DNA from: an uncultured Solibacteraceae bacterium
Lineage (GTDB): Bacteria; Acidobacteriota; Terriglobia; Bryobacterales; Bryobacteraceae
DNA: 51,638 nt
Assembly (NCBI GenBank): GCA_964568355.1
Contig: CAZMRK010000030.1
Coordinates: forward strand, 1 to 51,638
Direction of reading: 5' to 3'
Position numbers and translations under genes: made by a program. Shown here piece by piece: positions 38,272 to 45,382 of this stretch (position 1 is its first letter; every line of letters begins with the position of its first letter). Below the pieces are notes generated by a model that saw only the letters and a program-made list of their open reading frames with translations, searched no databases and was not told the DNA's origin.

Positions 38272-39009
38272 GTGAAAGGTTTCGCGACGATCGATTATGT
38301 CGTGCTGGCTCTTTATCTGCTGACCGTGGTGCTCGTGGGAGCGTCGTTTTACCGGCGGAAGACGACGTCCCGCGAGTACTTCCTCGGAGGGAAGCGCATG
38401 ACCTGGCTGCCGGTCGGCATTTCCATCGTCGCCGCGGATACGAGTGCGATCACGCTGATGGGTACGCCGGCCTGGGGTTACCAGCACTCCATGGAACTGG
38501 CCTGGCTCAACATCGGCTACGCGCTGGCTGCCCCCATCGTAATCTTTCTGTTCATCCCGTTCTACTCCCGCTTGGACCTGTTCACGGCGTACGAATATTT
38601 AGAGCGCCGCTTCAGCCTGGCCATCCGGCTAGTCACCAGCCTGCTATTCCAACTCCTGCGCGTCACCCATGTCGCCATCGCGATCTATGCTCCGTCGATT
38701 GCACTCACGATCGTCACCGGCATGTCACTGTGGGAGTCCATTGTCCTGATCGGCTTTCTCACCACGGCCTACACCAGCTTCGGCGGCATGCGGGCCGTCA
38801 TCTGGACCGATGTCATTCAATTCTCGACCGTCGTTACCGGCCTTGCGGTCGTCTTTGTGCTCGCGCTGGGTTCGATCCCCGGCGGCATTCCAGGTGCCAT
38901 CGCTGCCGCTGAGGCGGCCGGGAAACTGCGCTTCCTCGATCTCTCCTTCGATCCGCGTGTCGAGACTTCTGTCTGGGCTTGCCTGCTCGGAGGAATCGGA
39001 GATAGATCC
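38272..39009 (+). pseudogene. sodium:solute symporter (SSS family), N-terminal 246 codons only, read through in frame into the next gene
   Basis: GGAG plus 7 nt precede GTG 38272. VKGFATIDYVVLALYLLTVVLVGASFYRRKTTSREYFLGGKRMTWLPVGISIVAADTSAITLMG is the SSS N-terminal signature. About 6-7 TM segments follow. The similarity stops at ...SVWACLLGGIG, where the remaining transmembrane half of the fold should follow. Confidence 0.7.
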
Positions 39010-40071
39010 ATGCCTGATATTCGAAAAAGTCTTCATCAATCGCTTGGCCGCACGGGACTACGTGTCTCGCGCGTCTGCCTGGGTACCATGACGTTCGGCA
39101 ACCCGATCTGCGAGCCGGACTGCCAATATCTCGTCAGCGAGGCGCTGGAACGAGGAGTCAATTTTTTTGATACTTCGAATGCCTATGAAGGCTATGACAG
39201 GTCCTTCGGCTCCCCCGGCGGACTAGGGGAAGAGCTGCTCGGCCGGTCGCTGGAAGGTCGCAGGCACCAGGCCGTGATCTGCACTAAATTCGCCAATCCC
39301 GTCGGCCACGGCCCTCTGGATGCCGGCCTCTCCGCCCGCCATCTTGAAGCAGAATTGGACAAAAGCCTGAAGCGTCTGCGGACGGACTATATCGACATCG
39401 TTCTGGCGCATCGCTGGGATATGGCATGCACGGTCGACGAAGTGTCGCGGGTATTCGAGCGCTGGGTGAGGGCAGGAAAGGTTCTCAGCGTCGGCACATC
39501 CAATTGGCCCGTATGGCGCATGGCGCAGCTTGCGGAACAAAATCGCGCCACCGGCAGACTGCCGCTTGCCGTCAGTTCTCCCAAGTACAACCTCCTCAAC
39601 CGCGGCATCGAACTGGAGCACATCCCCTGCGCCCTGGAGAACGGGATTGCCCTCGTCACGTATCAGCCATTTCAAGGCGGGATCCTGGCCGGGCGGTACC
39701 GCCGTGGGCAGCAGCCCGACCCGCAATCTCGCGGTGCCGAGAAGCCCGGCTGGATGCCGGCTATCGCGGATAGTCTTTTTGAAAGGCTGGAAGCGTTGGA
39801 GGCGCTCGCCGCCGAGGCTGGCATGGGCCTGGTGCCATACGTCACGGCGTGGGTCCTCTCACGCCCTGCCGTCGCGGCGGTCGTTGTCGGCTGCCGGCGG
39901 CCGGAACAGCTTCGCGATGTTCTGCAAGGTGCCGTTCAGCAATTTCCCCAAGAACATGAGGTCAAGCTTGACGCGCTTTTTCCACCCCCCGTGCCGCTAA
40001 GTGGCGAATCTGTGCTCGACTTTCAAAATGGTGCTTGGAAACTGCTCGACAGCGAATTGTGCTCCCGGTGA
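39010..40071 (+). CDS. aldo/keto reductase
   Basis: ATG 39010 gives MPDIRKSLHQSLGRTGLRVSRVCLGTMTFG, the AKR N-terminal signature. FFDTSNAYEGY, DIVLAHRWD and VGTSNW follow. It shares one open frame with the symporter fragment (track ORF 38146..40071). Confidence 0.85.
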   Translation: MPDIRKSLHQSLGRTGLRVSRVCLGTMTFGNPICEPDCQYLVSEALERGVNFFDTSNAYEGYDRSFGSPGGLGEELLGRSLEGRRHQAVICTKFANPVGHGPLDAGLSARHLEAELDKSLKRLRTDYIDIVLAHRWDMACTVDEVSRVFERWVRAGKVLSVGTSNWPVWRMAQLAEQNRATGRLPLAVSSPKYNLLNRGIELEHIPCALENGIALVTYQPFQGGILAGRYRRGQQPDPQSRGAEKPGWMPAIADSLFERLEALEALAAEAGMGLVPYVTAWVLSRPAVAAVVVGCRRPEQLRDVLQGAVQQFPQEHEVKLDALFPPPVPLSGESVLDFQNGAWKLLDSELCSR

Positions 40072-40076
40072 TCTAT

Positions 40077-41171
40077 ATGCAATCAGACGCCATTAACTTC
40101 TCCCGCCTGATGGATATGCGGGCGGAATCCGACCTTCGGCTCGTCGATTTCGCGCCTCGCACGATGCTGCGTGTGCCCTCTCATCAGGTGGACCGATCTC
40201 GCTTCCCCGTGATCGACTTCCACAATCACCTCGATGACTTCGAGCCGGACGCCGTTCTGCGCATCATGGATGACTGCAACGTCGAGGCCGTGCTCAACAT
40301 TACCACCGCTCCCGGAAGCGATGGGTTGGCGGTCTTGAAGCGATTCCACAATGCGGCGCCCGATCGTTTCTATACCTGTATGTGGATGGACTGGAGGGAT
40401 ATCGCTGTGCCCGGATTCTGGGTCCGTACAGTGCAGCGCCTGGAACAGTTCGTGCAGGCCGGAGGCGTCGGCCTAAAACTATGGAAGGACTTGGGTCTGT
40501 CGGTCCGCGATTCCAGCGGTGGCCTGCTCCGGATTGACGACGAGCGCCTTGCTCCCCTGTTCGACAAAGCCGCCGAACTCGGCGTCTTTGTCATGTTCCA
40601 CACCGCGGACCCTGAAGCATTTTTCCAGCCCGTTGACCGCTACAATGAGCGTTTCGAAGAACTCGTCGCACATCCGGATTGGTCATTTTGCGGATCTGCC
40701 CTCACCCAGCAACAGGTCCTCGCGCAACGTAACCGCGTATTTCAACGGCATCCCAAAACTCAATTCTTGTGCGCGCACATGGCGGAGCAAAGCGAGAATC
40801 TCGCATCGCTGGCCGCGCTTCTCGACGACCATCCCAACGTTTCGGTGGATCTTAGCGCGCGAGTGAACGAACTCGGCCGGCAGCCATTCACCGCCCGTCG
40901 CTTCCTGATCAAGTACGCGGGCCGCATCCTGTTTGGCACCGATCTGCCGGTGGATCAATCTGTTTACCGCTCGTCTTTTCGCTTCCTGGAAACGGAAGAC
41001 GAGTATTTTGAGTATCCGTCGCATGCCTCCCGCCAGGGACGATGGATGGCATACGGGCTGGGCTTGCCTGATTCCGCGTTGCGCAAAGTCTATCGGGAAA
41101 ATGCGCGCAGACTCTTGCGTCAATCGAAACGACAGCGCTCTGGCAAGTCTCCGCAGGGAGCGCGCGATTAA
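40077..41171 (+). CDS. amidohydrolase_2-family metal-dependent hydrolase (TIM barrel; family includes sugar lactonases)
   Basis: FPVIDFHNHLDD is the HxH metal motif. VFVMFHTADP and LFGTDLP are also typical. The ORF opens at TTG 40035, overlapping the AKR stop, so ATG 40077 is preferred. Confidence 0.8.
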   Translation: MQSDAINFSRLMDMRAESDLRLVDFAPRTMLRVPSHQVDRSRFPVIDFHNHLDDFEPDAVLRIMDDCNVEAVLNITTAPGSDGLAVLKRFHNAAPDRFYTCMWMDWRDIAVPGFWVRTVQRLEQFVQAGGVGLKLWKDLGLSVRDSSGGLLRIDDERLAPLFDKAAELGVFVMFHTADPEAFFQPVDRYNERFEELVAHPDWSFCGSALTQQQVLAQRNRVFQRHPKTQFLCAHMAEQSENLASLAALLDDHPNVSVDLSARVNELGRQPFTARRFLIKYAGRILFGTDLPVDQSVYRSSFRFLETEDEYFEYPSHASRQGRWMAYGLGLPDSALRKVYRENARRLLRQSKRQRSGKSPQGARD

Positions 41172-41292
41172 AGGTCCTTTGATTTAGATCACTTCCAGCG
41201 CCTCGCGCAGAGTATCGCAAACTCCGGATGGACAAGCATCCGCAGGGCAGTACATCGACAGCGCCGTCTGCCTCGGTTTCTATAGTATCAGA

Positions 41293-41428
41293 TTTCGACG
41301 CGTAGAACATTTTGCCGCCTCTTTTCGACAGACGACAGTGGATTTCGACGACCGATCCTGCTATGCTGATTTTCGACGACGAGTCGTGGATTACGGTATT
41401 TTTCGACGCTCGTTCAGCTTTTTCGACG
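41293..41428 (+). repeat. array of six direct TTTCGAC(G/A) repeats phased at 20-30 bp, ending 2 nt before the Fic start codon
   Basis: The copies lie at 41293, 41323, 41343, 41371, 41401 and 41421. Five are TTTCGACG and one is TTTCGACA. The spacings are 30, 20, 28, 30 and 20 bp. A TATAGTAT element lies at 41281..41288, just upstream. Confidence 0.85.
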
Positions 41429-41429
41429 T

Positions 41430-42983
41430 ATGAAGCTCGATCTTGCACCACCCGTTATCTTCCAAGAGAAATCCCTGCCGCCGGTCACCCGGCTCGCCGG
41501 GTGGTCGGCCCTCGTGCAGGCACTTGGCATCTCCGCTCCGGTGCGGCATCCGAGCTGCGTCTCTGAACAGTACGTCCGTGGCAGCCGGCGCGAAGAGGGC
41601 GGCTGGGTTGTCTTCGACAAGCGCTACTGGCCGGGTGAGAACTTCTCAGACCATCTCCTCTTTGCCCTTCGTCATGAGGACCTCGACCTCCTAATCCTGA
41701 AGCGCGTGTTCGACGCCGTTCCGACGGCAGAGTTTGAGGCTCTGGTTCGTGGCGAGTCGACATCCGTCCAAGTTCGCCGCGCGTGGTATTTGTACGAGTT
41801 CCTCACCGGACGCACGCTCGATGTCGCCGGCGTACCGCGAGCCGCTACCATTGACATCCTCGATCCGAAGATCTACTTCACCGGCAAACCGCGCGCGTCG
41901 CGCAGGCATCGTGTGCGCGATAACCTTCTCGGGACCGCGCGTTTCTGTCCGGTGATACGCAGAACCAAGACTCTGGAAAATTCTGTCTCCCTTGATCTCG
42001 CCGCAAAAGCGCGCGAGACGGTTGGCAGGACTGGCGCACACCTCGTTGCACGCGCCGCGAGTTTCCTCCTCCTCGCTGACAGCCGCGCCAGTTTTGAGAT
42101 CGAAGGGGAACGACCGCCGCGGAATCGACTCGAGCGATGGGGACGCGCTGTCCTCCAGGCCGGCAAGAATCCTCTTACCCTGGATGAGATCCTGCGCCTG
42201 CAAAGCGTTCTCATCGAGGACACGCGGTTCGTTCGCGCGGGCTTGCGCCCGGACGGAGTTTTCCTCGGCGAACGCGACCACCACGGCGATCCGCTTCCGG
42301 AGTTCATTGGGGCTAGGGCACAAGATCTCACGGATCTGATGGCTGGCCTGTTGGAAGCGAACGATCGCATGCGCGAGGATGGCATCGACCCGGTGCTCAA
42401 AGCGACTGCCACGGCCTTCGGCTTCGTCTATATCCACCCATTCGAGGACGGCAACGGACGGATGCACCGCTGCCTCATTCATCACGTCCTGGCCGAGCGT
42501 AAGTTTACGCCGCCCGGCATGGTGTTTCCCGTTTCATCCGTCATGCTCGACCGGATCGATCATTACCGGGCGACGCTACAAGGCCATTCCGGTCCACTGA
42601 TGCCCTTCATCGAATGGCGTCCCACCCTGTCTCGGAACGTCGAAGTCCTCAACGACACAGTCGACCTCTACCGCTATTTCGACTGCACCGAAGAAGCCGA
42701 GTTTCTCTATTTGTGCGTGCGGCGAACCGTTGAAGAGGATTTGCCGCGCGAAATCGACTACCTGCGCCGCCACGACGAGGCAATCCATAGGATCATGGAC
42801 GCTGTCGAGATGCCGGACCGCATTGCAGAGAATCTAGTCATGTTCATCCGTCAGAATGACGGTTCTCTGTCCAAGAATCGTCGCGACCACGAATTCAAGG
42901 CATTGCGCGATGATGAAGTCGCGTTGATCGAAGGCATTGTCCGCGAAGCATTCGAGGGCTTCGAGGGCACGCCCGCCGCCTAG
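41430..42983 (+). CDS. Fic-family protein (class II, N-terminal auto-inhibitory helix)
   Basis: The Fic motif is HPFEDGNGRMHRCLIHHVL. The inhibitory motif [S/T]xxxE[G/N] appears as SFEIEGE upstream in the same chain. The protein is 517 aa with N- and C-terminal helical extensions. Confidence 0.9.
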   Translation: MKLDLAPPVIFQEKSLPPVTRLAGWSALVQALGISAPVRHPSCVSEQYVRGSRREEGGWVVFDKRYWPGENFSDHLLFALRHEDLDLLILKRVFDAVPTAEFEALVRGESTSVQVRRAWYLYEFLTGRTLDVAGVPRAATIDILDPKIYFTGKPRASRRHRVRDNLLGTARFCPVIRRTKTLENSVSLDLAAKARETVGRTGAHLVARAASFLLLADSRASFEIEGERPPRNRLERWGRAVLQAGKNPLTLDEILRLQSVLIEDTRFVRAGLRPDGVFLGERDHHGDPLPEFIGARAQDLTDLMAGLLEANDRMREDGIDPVLKATATAFGFVYIHPFEDGNGRMHRCLIHHVLAERKFTPPGMVFPVSSVMLDRIDHYRATLQGHSGPLMPFIEWRPTLSRNVEVLNDTVDLYRYFDCTEEAEFLYLCVRRTVEEDLPREIDYLRRHDEAIHRIMDAVEMPDRIAENLVMFIRQNDGSLSKNRRDHEFKALRDDEVALIEGIVREAFEGFEGTPAA

Positions 42984-43451
42984 TCTGCTGCAGAGCGCAG
43001 TGCGGCGGCAGGCGATTTTTGCGCTTAGCTTTCGCTGTGCCGGGGGCCAGCACGGTATAGTGAATCTCCGTTTGACGTATCGTGACTTGCCGGAGGCCCC
43101 GAGTTCCGTCACTGCGAGATCGGTGAGGTACGCAAGGAAGAGGCAAATCGCGTCTTCGTAGCTCAGCGGCACCGCCGTCGGGTTCAACTCGGCCTCCAGG
43201 CGGCGTGCCGCCAAATCCTGCTGGTATGCGACGAGCGTGAGCTGCTGTTTGATTGAATCCAGGCGGCGCCTGGGCGCGCCACTAACGAGGGCATCGAGAC
43301 TCTTCCGCAATGCTTCCGAACCCACATAGAGCAGGCCGTCGTCAGAGACCCAGATGGAAGAGGAGACCGTGTAGATCGCGTTCAAATCACCATCCCGCTT
43401 ACCGAGTCCCAATTCGATGAGATGCGGATCGAGATCGTCTTCTCCATTCAC
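42984..43451 (-). pseudogene. N-terminal fragment of an Hsp70/actin-like ATPase-fold protein, truncated at the Fic 3' end
   Basis: LIELGLGKRDGDLNAIYTVSSSIWVSDDGLLYVGSEA and SYEDAICLFLAYLTDLAVTELG...VKRRFTIPCW follow the Hsp70-NBD pattern (phosphate-1-like hairpin, then ...vPa...). The track ORF (42834..43451) runs on as antisense shadow of Fic for 150 nt. The assignment is tentative. Confidence 0.4.
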
Positions 43452-43470
43452 GCCCGCCGTCTATCCTGGC

Positions 43471-44172
43471 TCAGTCGTACAGGCCGCGCCCGTCATTGCA
43501 GACGAATGTGATCGCGTCCCACGCGACGGACGGGTACTTGGCGGCGTCGAATCGCATCGCGCCGTCGAGGTCGTGGTCGTACTCGATATCGAACGCCAAC
43601 GTGATGCCCGAGACGTCCGTCCGCGGCAGGTGCTTCAACCGGAGGTGGTTGCGGCCGGAAATCAGTTGGCGGATCTGGTCGTCCGTCATGCCGCGCTTCC
43701 GGAGGTCGTCAATCTTGACCTTGCCCTTGACGAGATCCTGCCGGAGCGCGTTGGTCTGCATCTCCTGGGTGCGCCTCTCCCAGGTCTCGTGCATGTCGGA
43801 GTAGTCTTTGTAAATAATCGCGCCCGCCGCCACGACGCCCGTGGCCAGCAACGCCCACGGGTTGGCCGCGAGCGCAATCGTCAACGCGCGCACCGCCGCC
43901 ACGATCCCCATGATCTTGGCGGCGATGGCGTAGGTCGCCAGGATTCCCGCCAGCCAGATCGCCATCCGGCCGAACTTCTCGATCAGGCCGATGTTGTCCT
44001 TGAGCCAGGACACCATGTCGCGCAGGTGGCCGACGACGGCTTTCAACTCACCCTGGAAAGCATTGCCCTCGTCCTGCTTGAGATCCACCACGTCGGGCCC
44101 GAGCGCCTTCATCTGTCCAGCCAGGGTGCTAGAAGGGCGCCGGACCGTGTTGCTGAATCCGGCGTGAATCAC
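43471..44172 (-). CDS. hypothetical membrane protein with a tape-measure-protein-like hydrophobic core
   Basis: FGRMAIWLAGILATYAIAAKIMGIVAAVRALTIALAANPWALLATGVVAAGAIIYKDYSDM resembles the LxANPxxLxxxxxxAxxxxxxxYKNW segments of phage tape-measure proteins. The start is uncertain: GTG 44172 overlaps the methyltransferase remnant, and ATG 44112 is an alternative. Confidence 0.45.
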   Translation of the reverse strand: MIHAGFSNTVRRPSSTLAGQMKALGPDVVDLKQDEGNAFQGELKAVVGHLRDMVSWLKDNIGLIEKFGRMAIWLAGILATYAIAAKIMGIVAAVRALTIALAANPWALLATGVVAAGAIIYKDYSDMHETWERRTQEMQTNALRQDLVKGKVKIDDLRKRGMTDDQIRQLISGRNHLRLKHLPRTDVSGITLAFDIEYDHDLDGAMRFDAAKYPSVAWDAITFVCNDGRGLYD

Positions 44173-44866
44173 GAAGTCGCGGATTGTCGACTTGCTCCTG
44201 CGGTACGCCGCGCGCGGCCGCGACCTCTGAAATGGGCTGCCCAGTGTCCGCGAGGATTGCTCCTTCGCCAGCGAGGTTCGCCATGCGTCGCAGGATTACA
44301 TCGCAATAGGCCGGCGAAATCTCGCAGCCGTAGCCGGTCCGACCGAGCACGTGGGCCGCAGCCATCGTGGTTCCTGAACCCATGAAGGGGTCGAAGACCG
44401 CGTCGCCGGCGTCCGTGAACGCTTTCACGAAGAATTCCACTAGGGCGCGGGGGAATGGAGCGGAGTGCGATCCCTGGCTGCTCTCCGACTTGACTTCGAT
44501 TACGTTGCTCGGGCGGGCAATGCCGGTGAACCGGCCATCGCTCTCGCTTGCGTCTGGCTGTGCCGCGGCCGCACCCCGAGCGCCGGTACCAAGAAGGCCA
44601 CTACCGGATGTCGACTTGGGATTGTTCGGTGAGTAGTCAAAGCAGTGCTCGGACTCGTGCCCGACCGCCCGCGGCCGGAACTTGATCTGCTGCCGCCAGC
44701 AGAAGTGATAGATCGGTTCGAAGGCGTTCTTAAACCTGTTTCCCCAACCGCCGGGCACGCCGTTGTCGGTTTTGCGCCAGCAGAACTCATCCACGAACCG
44801 CCAGCATCGCAGCTGGTAGCGGGCGTCGCTTCCTGCATAGGGAAATCCAAGTTTAAGGAGTGTGAA
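44129..44866 (-). pseudogene. 5'-truncated beta-class N4/N6 DNA methyltransferase (lacks the N-terminal DPPY motif IV)
   Basis: The C-terminal AdoMet motif I is DAVFDPFMGSGTTMAAAHVLGRTGYGCEI. The middle region reads CWRKTDNGVPGGWGNRFKNAFEPIYHF. My upstream translation stays family-like (FTLLKLGFPYAGSDARYQLRCWRF) up to an in-frame TAA at 44869..44867. No DPPY region precedes it. Confidence 0.7.
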
Positions 44867-45298
44867 TTATATCACCAAGCTTGGACGTCTGCTGGCAGTT
44901 TGAAACAGTAGAAGATTAGAAATTCCGTGCTTTCAAATCTGTCGAGCAACTTGCGAATCGTGGCAGAACCCAACGCTCAGATGCAGAGCCAGCCACCGTC
45001 GTCAATACTTTCATCTGTGACTGGGGAGGGCTCGGAGGGTTTTAAAGGTGCGGTGTCTTCCTCCCCAGGTTTGCACGGGTCATGGGGCTTCGGTTCGGTC
45101 GGCCCTAGCCGCACCGGAACGGAGTCCGAGCCCGCCGTTATGTCCACTCTCTCGTCGTCCGACTGCGCCAGCATGCCTGCATCGTATTGCATCTGCACCA
45201 TCGCCGGTGGGCGCACCACGCGCGCTCACCAATGAGTTACTCCGGATCTCGCCTGCCGCCCGCCGCCACGGATGAGCCTGTCGAGGACGATTGCCTCG

Positions 45299-45327
45299 AA
45301 AAACGACAACCCTAAGGCATAGGTTGT
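45299..45327 (-). terminator. weak rho-independent-terminator-like hairpin downstream of the HipA-like gene
   Basis: On the minus strand, the stem ACAACC/GGTTGT (45322..45327 and 45306..45311) is followed by CG and T5 (45303..45299). It lies about 55 nt after the TAG at 45385..45383. The stem is short and AT-moderate. Confidence 0.3.
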
Positions 45328-45382
45328 GAAGGTCACTCGGTGCGAGGCGTCAGCAGATACCAGGTCGATAACGCAAGATCGT

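Noticed and set aside
41184-41255. 23-codon Cys-rich mini-ORF (MYCPADACPSGVCDTLREALEVI) on the minus strand left of the repeat array
   Set aside because: It is too short to evaluate, has no Shine-Dalgarno sequence and could easily arise by chance.
40909-41451. 180-aa minus-strand ORF spanning the TTTCGAC repeat array and the end of the amidohydrolase gene
   Set aside because: Its 5' part is simply the repeats read as GTCGAAA (VEK/SK strings) and its 3' part is antisense to the amidohydrolase gene. It resembles no family.
44977-45219. 80-aa acidic, Pro-rich minus-strand ORF downstream of the HipA-like gene as a possible disordered antitoxin
   Set aside because: It has a GTG start without a Shine-Dalgarno sequence, lies beyond a terminator-like hairpin and resembles no family. 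It cannot be supported from sequence alone.
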